From IMG/VR virus record IMGVR_UViG_3300031857_000025: DNA of 64,000 nt; one strand, written 5' to 3'. Every line of letters starts with the position of its first letter. Within the stretch, counting starts at the first letter, position 1. This document shows positions 51,388 to 60,848 of the stretch, piece after piece. A program made the position numbers and the translations under genes. Source of the stretch: a virus. The notes beneath the pieces are model-generated. The model did not search any database. It was not told the DNA's origin and saw nothing but the letters and a program-made list of their open reading frames with translations.

Positions 51388-53400
51388 ATGGAAAATTTCT
51401 TTTTAAAGTCACCTAATCCATCGATACAGCAGGCGATTAACTATCGTAAACAAAACTGGTCACCTCTGTCTCGGCAAGTAAATGTTACGATTACATGTAA
51501 TGGTACTAAATACTTTCCAAGTACGGATAAACGTATAAAATTAACAAAAGTATCAATTTCAGAGTCTGGCGATTATATGACCGCCAGAAAGTGTCAGATT
51601 GAAATATTATGTATTGGTTGGGATGCTTTTGAAATTGTAGAAAAAGATTTTGGATTTATTGATAAGAATAAAAGATTAACAATACAATTTGAACAAGTAG
51701 CACCTCCAGGTTATTCAGTAGCAGCTGCTGAAATATCACAAACCTGGGAATTTCGTATAATTGATCCAGCATTTACTTTACAAGATGATGGTACAATACT
51801 TTTAGCTGTTAGGGGTATAGGAGCAGGAGCAACGGTAGAATCTGTAAATATAGGTGACGCTGCATTTGCGACAGCTCTTCCAGGTACAACATTCGTATCA
51901 GATTATAACTGGAATAATGACACTAAACAGATACAATCAATAACTGATTATATTCATTGGCGTGTGCAATCTCAGACAAATGCATTAACGTCTATAGATT
52001 TTGATATACAGCATGGATGCCAAGGATCGATTACAGATGATGCTCCTGGTAATGCAATGTTCTTAACTTTAAAAACAGCATCAGAAGTATATGAAGCTCC
52101 AGAACAATCAGTAAATATGCCGTCATTAATATATGTTACATTATCAGGAATTGTACATTTAATAAATACATATTATCAACCTGGCGAAGGTGCACTTAGT
52201 TCAATAAAAATTACATGTGAACCTCGAGGTACTGTAACATATAAAACTTCGGATGGTAGTACATTTGGTTTATATAGTGCAGATCCAATTCGAGTATTCT
52301 TACCATGGTCGGATCCGGCATATTGTAGTTATATACCTAAAGGGGCAGAAAGTCAGCCTGGTCGAAATGCATTTGATTTTGTTAGTAATCCTGGATATGC
52401 TTTACCGGCATTACAAGCATGTAGTGTATCAGGCGGAGAGTTAGGTGGTATTTTTATTAATGTTGATATACTAGAAACTATATTAAAAGAATTAGGTGGC
52501 GAAAATACTGATAGTACATTAGAGAAAAAAAATCCAGCTAAAATATCAATACAAAGTTTTTTCAAAAAGATTTTTGCTACTATTAAAGAATTAACAGGCG
52601 GTGCTATTGATTTAGGATTACGTACTGATAATGATAAAACAACGCCGACACATACCGAATTTGCAATTGTAAATGCTCGTGATCAAACAACCGAAGTAAT
52701 TACACCAGTAGCCTTTTCGCGTCTAGACGGTACTACAATAAGCCTAATCGTTAAAAGTAAAATTACTCAGGAATTAATTGCGGCTTCATTTGGAAGTGCT
52801 CCTGGTACTGACGGGGACGAATCAGGTACGGCAGCTGTTGGTAGACAACAAGCATCAGAAGATGACACTACAGCTGCTAAGAAAGGTTTACCTACATGGA
52901 CAGATTTATCAGATGCACGTACACGATTAGCATATGGGTTTTTTAAAGATGAAGATGTTAATGCGGCTAAAGGTGTATTAACGCGATTAATTACAGAACA
53001 AAATACCAAAGAAAAAGCAGAACAGTCTACTGGTATATATCCGTTAGAATTGACATTAATTATACGTGGCCTAGACGGATTTCGTTTTGGTGATGCTATA
53101 ACAGTTAATGAATTGCCTAGTCGATACAAAACACCAGTAGGTGGAACACGTATAATTTTTACAGTACATGAGGTAGAGCATCAGTATGTAGAAGGCGGTC
53201 GTTGGGAAACATCATTAAAAACATTGTTACGTATGGCACCTGATAATTTATACCAATCAGTTAGTAGTACTGGCAATGGCGTTACATCAGCTGATACCCA
53301 AGAAAGTTTACAGACACAAATGTCAACCCAAATACAGAATGAGAATATTAATTCAAGTACAACTGACCCAAATAATTCGGTATTTGAAAGATTAGAATAG
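51388..53400 (+). CDS. Putative baseplate hub protein (gp27-like)
   Basis: C-terminal L.L.I.G..G...GD...LP.RY...F.V..V.H....W.T; position after the LysM gene. Confidence 0.6.
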   Translation: MENFFLKSPNPSIQQAINYRKQNWSPLSRQVNVTITCNGTKYFPSTDKRIKLTKVSISESGDYMTARKCQIEILCIGWDAFEIVEKDFGFIDKNKRLTIQFEQVAPPGYSVAAAEISQTWEFRIIDPAFTLQDDGTILLAVRGIGAGATVESVNIGDAAFATALPGTTFVSDYNWNNDTKQIQSITDYIHWRVQSQTNALTSIDFDIQHGCQGSITDDAPGNAMFLTLKTASEVYEAPEQSVNMPSLIYVTLSGIVHLINTYYQPGEGALSSIKITCEPRGTVTYKTSDGSTFGLYSADPIRVFLPWSDPAYCSYIPKGAESQPGRNAFDFVSNPGYALPALQACSVSGGELGGIFINVDILETILKELGGENTDSTLEKKNPAKISIQSFFKKIFATIKELTGGAIDLGLRTDNDKTTPTHTEFAIVNARDQTTEVITPVAFSRLDGTTISLIVKSKITQELIAASFGSAPGTDGDESGTAAVGRQQASEDDTTAAKKGLPTWTDLSDARTRLAYGFFKDEDVNAAKGVLTRLITEQNTKEKAEQSTGIYPLELTLIIRGLDGFRFGDAITVNELPSRYKTPVGGTRIIFTVHEVEHQYVEGGRWETSLKTLLRMAPDNLYQSVSSTGNGVTSADTQESLQTQMSTQIQNENINSSTTDPNNSVFERLE

Positions 53401-53408
53401 GAATAAGA

Positions 53409-53975
53409 ATGTTACCACAATTACATATGCCTCCTAGTCAAATAAAAAAAGCTTATACAGCTGGAGGTGAATATATTATTGCCAATGTAAATGATCGTCG
53501 AGAATATGTTGGATATCTACATATATATCCAAACGGTGCTATATATAGTGGTGATAAGTACACATCGGATAGTATAGAATTATTAATGGTGCCGGCACAA
53601 TACTTTAACTCCCAGTATAATGGTATATATTTTAAACTTACTAGAGCAGCTTTTTATAATCATACAGATCCGCAACATTACGTTTTAGTACCTACAGCAG
53701 ATGATCGTAAAAAAGGTGTAGTTAAACGATATTTTGCCTGTAAACGCAATGAAGATATTGTTATTGAAGTTGATTCCAAACAAGTGCAAGCAGCTAATGT
53801 ATCAAATAAAAAAGGTATTAATGCACGTATTTGGCGTATGATATCATTGGAATGGACAATTGCTGGTAATACAGATGAAGTACAACGAGCGAATAGTAGA
53901 GTTGTATCAGTTGCATCACGTAAAGTTCCTTATATACGTACATACTTATCAGACCTTTTAGAATTTTATCAGTAA
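53409..53975 (+). CDS. Hypothetical baseplate-region protein
   Basis: YT.GGE...Y.G.(Y/L)H and PT..D..KG...RYF; AGGA upstream. Confidence 0.6.
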   Translation: MLPQLHMPPSQIKKAYTAGGEYIIANVNDRREYVGYLHIYPNGAIYSGDKYTSDSIELLMVPAQYFNSQYNGIYFKLTRAAFYNHTDPQHYVLVPTADDRKKGVVKRYFACKRNEDIVIEVDSKQVQAANVSNKKGINARIWRMISLEWTIAGNTDEVQRANSRVVSVASRKVPYIRTYLSDLLEFYQ

Positions 53976-53977
53976 CA

Positions 53978-54009
53978 TTTGGTAAATTAAGATATTGATC
54001 TTATATTTA
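53978..54009 (+). promoter_or_regulatory. Host-type promoter resembling the Bacteroidota -33/-7 consensus
   Basis: TTTG(53978-81)-N20-TATATTTA(54002-09) vs consensus TTTG / TAnnTTTG. Confidence 0.55.
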
Positions 54010-54014
54010 GCTAA

Positions 54015-55322
54015 ATGATAATCGAATCTGATATTGACTTCCAACGTGTTCAAGCGTCTTTAAGATCTGGTGATAGCTTCTGGATTCCGGTATACTCTGA
54101 CAAGTATCGTCATTATGTAAATAATAGAATTAGTTTTGTTTACATATATAGTATAGCTGATAATGAAGACTACATTGTTCCATTCCATCATATGGATTGT
54201 TTGAACCTCAAATCCGAACAACTACAACACCTTACAAGTCAACATAATATCTTTGTATTAGGTAAAAAGCGATTCCAATATACGTACGGTAATACATGTT
54301 ATGACGCCGATCTGTTTGCCTGGTGGCATACCAATAAAATGTTACCGTTAGATGAAACTAATACTGCTGCTCATGACATGTGGAGCAAGTGGTGGCATAA
54401 TGAAACCAATACAAACGATTGGTTACCAATAACTCGTCATCTGGAACGATGTGTTAACATGCGTATAGAGTTTCTAAAACTATATAATACAGTTGAGATA
54501 TCTGATGAGTATAAGACATATGATATATCCGTATGTAAAGCATTTGGTGATATTGAACAGTATGGATTATATCAGTCAACAAAACAACTAGCTCATACCG
54601 AATATAATTTATATACAAGTACAGGTCGTCCTAGTAATAAGTTTGGTGGTATTAACTATGCAGCTATGAATAAGGAAGATGGTAGTCGTAAAATATACTC
54701 GAGTAGATTTGCAAAAGGTATGTTAGTTGAATATGATTATGATGCATATCATGTACGGTTGATTGCCAGTTTAATTGAATATACATTACCGACTGGTTCA
54801 GTTCATACTTATTTTGGTAAACAGTATTTTGATACGGATGATTTATCAGAAGAACAGTATGACCAAAGCAAACAAATAACATTCCGATTGTTGTACGGAG
54901 GTATTGATGATGACTTTGCTCAGATACCATTCTTTAACAAAGTACGTCAGTTCATTAACAAGTTATGGAAAGAATTCAAAGTATCAGGTTACATAACTAC
55001 TCCTATATATAAACGGAGAATGTTTAAAAATAATCTGCATGATATGAATGCCAATAAATTGTTTAACTATTTGTTACAGGCAACTGAAACAGAACATAAT
55101 ATCAAACAAGTTTTAGCTGTAAATAACTTACTAATAAACTATCAAAGCCGATTAGTATTGTATACATACGATTCATTTTTATTTGATTTTGATATGACCG
55201 ATGGTAAACATGTATTATGTGATATCAAGAACACATTATCAGATAATGGTCAATATCCAGTTAAACTAAAAGCTGGAGTAGACTATGACAGTATGCATGA
55301 TATGACTAACCGACTTAGTTAA
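54015..55322 (+). CDS. Compact, divergent family A DNA polymerase
   Basis: TSTGRPS, motif A EYDYDAYHVRL, motif B SKQITFRLLYGG, NYLLQATE, motif C YTYDSF. Confidence 0.85.
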   Translation: MIIESDIDFQRVQASLRSGDSFWIPVYSDKYRHYVNNRISFVYIYSIADNEDYIVPFHHMDCLNLKSEQLQHLTSQHNIFVLGKKRFQYTYGNTCYDADLFAWWHTNKMLPLDETNTAAHDMWSKWWHNETNTNDWLPITRHLERCVNMRIEFLKLYNTVEISDEYKTYDISVCKAFGDIEQYGLYQSTKQLAHTEYNLYTSTGRPSNKFGGINYAAMNKEDGSRKIYSSRFAKGMLVEYDYDAYHVRLIASLIEYTLPTGSVHTYFGKQYFDTDDLSEEQYDQSKQITFRLLYGGIDDDFAQIPFFNKVRQFINKLWKEFKVSGYITTPIYKRRMFKNNLHDMNANKLFNYLLQATETEHNIKQVLAVNNLLINYQSRLVLYTYDSFLFDFDMTDGKHVLCDIKNTLSDNGQYPVKLKAGVDYDSMHDMTNRLS

Positions 55323-55372
55323 ATATTTATAACTATAAAAAGTTTTGTTGGATATTTATTAAAAAAAGAATT

Positions 55373-55921
55373 ATGACCGAATTACCAAAATCAACAGTAC
55401 AAACAGTAGTATCGTCACAAGATAGTGTTATGTTACCAAAAACATTGACACCAGAAATTGTGAACGTACTTAACTCTGCAATTGCAGAAGAATATGCCGC
55501 TCATTATTTTTATAGAGGAGCTGCTAACTGGTGCCAAGGAGTTGGATATACTAAAGCGGCAGCGTTTTTTGCTAGTGAAGCAATTGCAGAATTAGAGCAT
55601 GCTGAGAAGTTACAAAAGTATATAGTAGATTGGAATGCTACTCCGTTACTGCCATCTATAAAATTTAACGGTGAGTTTGCTCATTTAATTGATGTTGTTA
55701 ACAAATCATATGCTATTGAATACCAATTAGGTAACAAGTATATGACCTGGACACGTCAAATGTTTGATACTCATTTAATGACATTTAATTTCCTTCAAGG
55801 ATATGTAGATATTCAGAATGGGTCTATTGCAGAAATGTCAGATCTATTAAATGCTGCGCAGCTAGTTGATACATCAAATAAATTAGATTTATTACATTAT
55901 GAAGAAAGATACTTTGGTTAA
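55373..55921 (+). CDS. Ferritin (non-haem, FtnA-like)
   Basis: LN.AI.EE..A.YFY...W....GY..AA.FF...A..E.EHA.KL..YI four-helix ferroxidase pattern; two late boxes at 55323 and 55352. Confidence 0.88.
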   Translation: MTELPKSTVQTVVSSQDSVMLPKTLTPEIVNVLNSAIAEEYAAHYFYRGAANWCQGVGYTKAAAFFASEAIAELEHAEKLQKYIVDWNATPLLPSIKFNGEFAHLIDVVNKSYAIEYQLGNKYMTWTRQMFDTHLMTFNFLQGYVDIQNGSIAEMSDLLNAAQLVDTSNKLDLLHYEERYFG

Positions 55922-57317
55922 TTTACTTGATTTAGATAATATTCTGAATCCGGAGCCTATACAAGCACAGGCAGATATAATTTCTGAATCGGTTAATAAT
56001 ACTGTTACGGAAACACCTAAGCCAGTTAATATTGATTGGGATGAAGTAATTACTGAATGGTTTTATCGTTTACCAAAAGGATATGCCGAACAGCCATATA
56101 CTGAAAAAGAACTTAAAGTCTTAGATCAAGTAATTAATGAATATCAAAGTGGTGGGTTTAAACCAGTTATTAACGAAGCAAAAGCATTAACACCTGCTTT
56201 AACACCAGCTGGTAAAGAATTCATGCAAAAGGTTTATGATAATGGTAGTATACGTGATGAGGCATATCGAAAAATAGAATCAATCGTAGCAACAGCTAGT
56301 AAAGATCAGCAGATACAATGGAATGATTTGTTTCAGACATATACATTAAAACAATATATTAATGGTGGCTGGGAAAATTTTAAAGAATTTTTTGATATTG
56401 CACCACAGGGAATGGGTCGTGGTGAAATGATGGCTGTGTTAGCAATTAAAGGAGCTGCTTCCGGAGGTACCGAGCAGAAGGATTTACTATTACCTAGTGC
56501 TACTTGGGAAGTAAAAGAAGACCCGGATAACATCCGTATGGCCAAATCTGGCTTCGGTGGCAAGTTTAAATATGTCAAAGAAACTAAAAAATTCTATGAA
56601 TTACTAGAAGGTATTGGTTTAAATGGCGGAGAGGATGCTACGATTATAGAAAATCTTAATAAAGTATTTAATTCTGAATCGTTATCAAATGAATTCATGA
56701 AAGTATTAACAGTTAACTTCCGTGGTGATGGTTTTAAAGCAAAAAAGAAAAAAGGTGAAGAAGACGTTACATCTGAAAATTTCTTTGATCGTGTATCAAA
56801 AGCAGCTGAATTACCATCTGGCGTAATTGAATTACATTACCTAGGGTTTAAAGAACTAAACAGATTAGGTAAAACAATAAGTAAAAATAAAGATTTAGTA
56901 AATACAGCTAAATTAATTGTACAAACATCGAAAGCAGAAGGTCAGTTTTTTATTAGTACTGATGATGCTACAAAGATACAAAAAGCAAAATCGGACCAAT
57001 CAGTAAGTATTAAAGTATCTACTCCGGCAAAAAAAGATATTCGTGTATTTTTATATAACATTCTTAAAATTATAAAATCGCCAATGGTACAAGACCCTGA
57101 GTTATTACCAAAAGATTTTAATGATCGTAAACATGCATACTTTATTGATGATGGATTGCCAGGCTTTGTTTATTATTTATCAGGTAATCCGAAACCATAT
57201 TTAGGTTTTCCGAAAGATTTTATCATATATGGTATATCACAAAATATGGGAAAGATGATGATTGGGCGTCTAGCCAGTAAATATGAATTTATTAAAGCGC
57301 AAATGGCGTTAGGTTAA
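55899..57317 (+). CDS. Hypothetical protein with putative PD-(D/E)xK nuclease core
   Basis: GMGRGE...KDLLLPSATWEVKE; N-terminal module ending VINE. Confidence 0.5.
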   Translation: MKKDTLVNLLDLDNILNPEPIQAQADIISESVNNTVTETPKPVNIDWDEVITEWFYRLPKGYAEQPYTEKELKVLDQVINEYQSGGFKPVINEAKALTPALTPAGKEFMQKVYDNGSIRDEAYRKIESIVATASKDQQIQWNDLFQTYTLKQYINGGWENFKEFFDIAPQGMGRGEMMAVLAIKGAASGGTEQKDLLLPSATWEVKEDPDNIRMAKSGFGGKFKYVKETKKFYELLEGIGLNGGEDATIIENLNKVFNSESLSNEFMKVLTVNFRGDGFKAKKKKGEEDVTSENFFDRVSKAAELPSGVIELHYLGFKELNRLGKTISKNKDLVNTAKLIVQTSKAEGQFFISTDDATKIQKAKSDQSVSIKVSTPAKKDIRVFLYNILKIIKSPMVQDPELLPKDFNDRKHAYFIDDGLPGFVYYLSGNPKPYLGFPKDFIIYGISQNMGKMMIGRLASKYEFIKAQMALG

Positions 57318-57334
57318 GTAAGAGAGGTTGATTA

Positions 57335-57721
57335 GTGAAGCCACAACTATTATGTACATTTGCACATCGTAAAGATTTAGATTTAATACTTGATTATATC
57401 ATATCATCTTATACTATATCTGAACGTCGGTTATTTGTATTTGCTGATGATAATGTTTACAATGACATGTACATAACATTCAATGTGGAAACTGCGGATA
57501 CCAAGCGTATACCAAATACAATATTGGTACACCGTAAAAAAGAAACCAATACCATGTATACAGTTAATGCTTTAAATGTAATCATACGTGAAGCTAATAA
57601 CGGTATACTGGATAAGACATTTATTATTAACTGGAATGCTTATCGCAATTCTATACTATTAACTTCAGATGATGCATTAAGGCATGTGCAATTGAAAATG
57701 CATAAGCGAATTGATTTGTAA
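57335..57721 (+). CDS. Hypothetical protein
   Basis: GTG start with GAGG upstream; LLCTF and HRKKETNTMYTVNALN segments. Confidence 0.65.
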   Translation: MKPQLLCTFAHRKDLDLILDYIISSYTISERRLFVFADDNVYNDMYITFNVETADTKRIPNTILVHRKKETNTMYTVNALNVIIREANNGILDKTFIINWNAYRNSILLTSDDALRHVQLKMHKRIDL

Positions 57722-57750
57722 TATATTTATTTAAAACATAAAAGGAAAAC

Positions 57751-58488
57751 ATGAAAAAAATACAACTTAAAAATTTAATCCGTGAAGAGATTCGCAGAGT
57801 ATTAAAAGAAGCTGCTACCGGTACATTACGCAATGTAAAGGCAAACGTTTCTATATTTAGTGGTAAAGACGGTGAAGAAATGCAGTTGGCAGATAAATTT
57901 TTCGGAAAATTTATTACCGTAAAACAAGCTCCAAATGAAGACGGAGATGCTATAGTAGACGTTAACGTTGGCAACTTAATTAACTTGCTGCAAACAGATG
58001 CAAAATATAGTGCAGGGACAGCTGAGTATAGTAAGAAGCCAGGTGACGTTAGGGTTTATTACGGCGGAAATGATTCTATAGAGCTTTATGGATTACCAAC
58101 TGATGCATCAGATGCAATTTTATCAACTGGTACATCAAAAAAACAATCTCGTATGTATTCTGTAACAGTACAGATAGGTGCAGATCCGTATGCTAACTTT
58201 GATGATTTTGAAGATTATATGATACCAACTGTAGCAGAAAAGATAATCGGACGTCCGAAAATTACAGCCCAGCCAGAAACTGATGCTGAGGGAAGGCAAA
58301 TTGACCAGTATGTTAGCAAGTTAGAAAAAACTTTATTGGCAGCTGCTAAACGAGTTGTTCCGGGAATAAAGAGTATGGCAACTGAAGAAGGTGGATTTGT
58401 ATTTCAACTACCGGGACAGCCAGATAGTCAAATGAAGTCTAAACTAAAGTCTTTGTTTGCAGGCGCTAGAAAAGTAACTTTTAAATAA
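57751..58488 (+). CDS. Hypothetical protein with IREE leader, putative internal head protein
   Basis: MKKIQLKNLIREEIRRVLKEA; late box 57723-57730; AAGGA upstream. Confidence 0.65.
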   Translation: MKKIQLKNLIREEIRRVLKEAATGTLRNVKANVSIFSGKDGEEMQLADKFFGKFITVKQAPNEDGDAIVDVNVGNLINLLQTDAKYSAGTAEYSKKPGDVRVYYGGNDSIELYGLPTDASDAILSTGTSKKQSRMYSVTVQIGADPYANFDDFEDYMIPTVAEKIIGRPKITAQPETDAEGRQIDQYVSKLEKTLLAAAKRVVPGIKSMATEEGGFVFQLPGQPDSQMKSKLKSLFAGARKVTFK

Positions 58489-58508
58489 AATATATATAAA
58501 GTAATAAC

Positions 58509-58733
58509 ATGAAAGCATCAGAGTTTAAAAAACTAATCCGTGAAGAGGTTAAAAACGTCTTAAAGGAAGCTACAGTTAAACTTGGGCCTGACAAAAATTT
58601 TATTTTAAAAAACTATAAAGGAGGTGTACTACTTCAAAAATTAGACCCTAACGGAGGTCAAGTACATAGCGAAATGCTTATCCTTAAAAATGAAATACCA
58701 GATGTAATTGCTTTCTTAAATAAGAATAAATAA
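58509..58733 (+). CDS. Small protein with IREE leader, putative internal head protein
   Basis: MKASEFKKLIREEVKNVLKEA. Confidence 0.65.
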   Translation: MKASEFKKLIREEVKNVLKEATVKLGPDKNFILKNYKGGVLLQKLDPNGGQVHSEMLILKNEIPDVIAFLNKNK

Positions 58734-58760
58734 TAAAACTACACGCCCCCAGAATATTAG

Positions 58761-58783
58761 AGCCGGTTTCATCCGGCTTTTTT
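58761..58783 (+). terminator. Intrinsic terminator
   Basis: AGCCGG-TTTCAT-CCGGCT followed by a T run. Confidence 0.85.
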
Positions 58784-58845
58784 ATTGGCTAAGGATATAT
58801 TTATATAAAATAACAAATGATAAATAAAAATATTTCACTTTTTTC

Positions 58846-58876
58846 TTGTTTAATGAAAAGTAAGTACTTATATTTA
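58846..58876 (+). promoter_or_regulatory. Host-type promoter for the ssb-recA-exonuclease operon
   Basis: TTG(58846-48)-N20-TATATTTA(58869-76); same -7 box and spacing as the polA site. Confidence 0.55.
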
Positions 58877-58917
58877 AAGCAAATTAATAATAATCAATAA
58901 TAAAAAAGGAGTAACAA

Positions 58918-59688
58918 ATGGCTATTAATTTAGATGCTATTAAAGCAAAACTTAACAAATTACAAACACAGACTACACGTCAGAACAATCTTTGGAAGCC
59001 TGAACCGGGCAAGCAGCAAATTCGTATTGTACCTTATCAATACAACAAAGAGAATCCATTTCAAGAACTTTATTTCCATTATGATCTAGGTAAGAAGAAT
59101 TTCTTATCTCCGATCACTCATGGCAATCCAGATCCAGTAGTGGAATTTGCTGACAAGCTTAAATCTTCAGGTAATTCAGATGAATGGAAATTAGGTAAGA
59201 AACTAGAACCAAAAATGCGTTGCTATGTTCCTATCATTGTTCGTGGTAAAGAGTCCGAAGGTGTTAAATTCTGGGGTTTTGGTAAGACAGTCTATGCTGA
59301 ATTATTAGGGTTCATTGCTGACCCAGATTACGGTGATCTAACCGATCCAATGAATGGTCGTGATATTGTAATTGAATTTACACCAGCCGAAGGTGGTGCA
59401 TATCCAAAGACAACTTTACGTATTAAACCAAATACAACACCATTGACTACGGATCGTAATATTGCTGAAAAGATCGCTCAACAGCAACCAAATCTCGGAG
59501 AAATTTTCAAAGAACCGACTTACAATGAACTTAAAGAAGCATTGGAGCAATGGTTGAATCCTAGTGATGATGATGCTGATACATCTGTATCGACTGCATC
59601 TCATGATGAAGATGAAGCACCATTTTCACCTAATGTAAGTAAAGTTGATGACGTAAGTGCAGCGTTTGATGAATTGTTTAACGAATAA
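58918..59688 (+). CDS. Single-stranded DNA-binding protein (gp32-like)
   Basis: WKP..G...IRIVP, GVKFWGFGK.VY, D...GRDI, acidic tail ending AFDELFNE. Confidence 0.85.
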   Translation: MAINLDAIKAKLNKLQTQTTRQNNLWKPEPGKQQIRIVPYQYNKENPFQELYFHYDLGKKNFLSPITHGNPDPVVEFADKLKSSGNSDEWKLGKKLEPKMRCYVPIIVRGKESEGVKFWGFGKTVYAELLGFIADPDYGDLTDPMNGRDIVIEFTPAEGGAYPKTTLRIKPNTTPLTTDRNIAEKIAQQQPNLGEIFKEPTYNELKEALEQWLNPSDDDADTSVSTASHDEDEAPFSPNVSKVDDVSAAFDELFNE

Positions 59689-59708
59689 TATTTTAAAGGA
59701 GTTACAAA

Positions 59709-60848
59709 ATGGCAGTATCTAAAAGTGATCTGTCGGATGAATTAGCCGGTGAATTGGCTAGTAATCTGAACAAAAAATTTAAAGGATCTGGATACAAGAC
59801 CGCATACTTTTTAGAGGGAGATGTTGATTCTCCTTCTAATGTATCCGGTTGGGTAGGAACAGGTTCAAGTATGCTTGATTTAGCTATATCAAATCGTCCA
59901 GGAGGTGGTTTTCCGATTGGTCGTATCGCTGAGATAACTGGTCTAGAAGCTTCTGGTAAGTCGTTATTGGCTACTCATGCATTAGCTGATACACAGAGAC
60001 AAGGAGGATTGGCAGTTTACATTGATACCGAGAGTGCAGTTAGCAGTGAGTTTCTTGAAGCTATCGGTATTGATTTAACTAAAATGTTATATGTTCCATT
60101 GGAAACTATGGAAGATATCTTTGAAGCTATTGAATCTATTGTTGAATCAGTACGTAAATCGAACAAGGATCGATTGGTTACTATAGTAGTCGATTCGGTC
60201 ATGGGCGCATCTACAAAGGTAGAAATGGCAGCCGAATTTGATAAAGATGGTTGGGCAACTAGCAAAGCCATTATCTTATCAAAAGGTATGCGTAAAATTA
60301 CCAATATGATTGCTCGTGAGAAGATATGTCTACTATTTACCAATCAGTTACGATCTCGACTAGGAGTTAGTTTTGGTGATCCATGGACTACCTCTGGTGG
60401 TAAGGCTATTCCATTTCATGCTTCTGTACGTCTTCGTCTTAAGTCTATAGGTCAAATCAAGGCTAAGGATGCTAAAGGTGTTGAGCAGATCATTGGAATC
60501 AAGACCCGAGCTCAAGTAATTAAGAATCGTATGGGACCTCCTTTGAAGTCTATTGATTATGATATTTACTTTGAGTCTGGTATTGATAATTACGGTGGAT
60601 GGTTGGAAGTGATGAAAGAGTATAAGTTAGTTAGTCAGGCAGGTGCTTGGTATACTTATACAAGAGAGAATGGTACGGCTGTTAAGTTCTTATCAAAAGA
60701 TTTTCAAGGAGCGTTGGAAAAGGATAAGACCCTAATGGATGAAATATACAAAGCTATTTGTGATGCATATATCTTCCGTTACCAAGCAGGCTCTATTGGA
60801 ATTGATGACATTGAAATTGACGAGGACTTTATTAGTGAAGAATCATGA
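59709..60848 (+). CDS. recA: RecA/UvsX recombinase
   Basis: TGS..LD.AI, GRIAEITGLEASGKS, YIDTE, VVDSV, NQLR, TSGGKAIPFHASVRL, KNR. Confidence 0.95.
   Translation: MAVSKSDLSDELAGELASNLNKKFKGSGYKTAYFLEGDVDSPSNVSGWVGTGSSMLDLAISNRPGGGFPIGRIAEITGLEASGKSLLATHALADTQRQGGLAVYIDTESAVSSEFLEAIGIDLTKMLYVPLETMEDIFEAIESIVESVRKSNKDRLVTIVVDSVMGASTKVEMAAEFDKDGWATSKAIILSKGMRKITNMIAREKICLLFTNQLRSRLGVSFGDPWTTSGGKAIPFHASVRLRLKSIGQIKAKDAKGVEQIIGIKTRAQVIKNRMGPPLKSIDYDIYFESGIDNYGGWLEVMKEYKLVSQAGAWYTYTRENGTAVKFLSKDFQGALEKDKTLMDEIYKAICDAYIFRYQAGSIGIDDIEIDEDFISEES

Noticed and set aside
50304-52444. Short + strand alternate-frame ORFs 50304-50495 and 52253-52444
   Set aside because: Nested out of frame in long genes, with no RBS and implausible composition
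58817-58900. 27-codon ORF after the late box at 58797
   Set aside because: No SD and it overlaps the ssb promoter; probably chance
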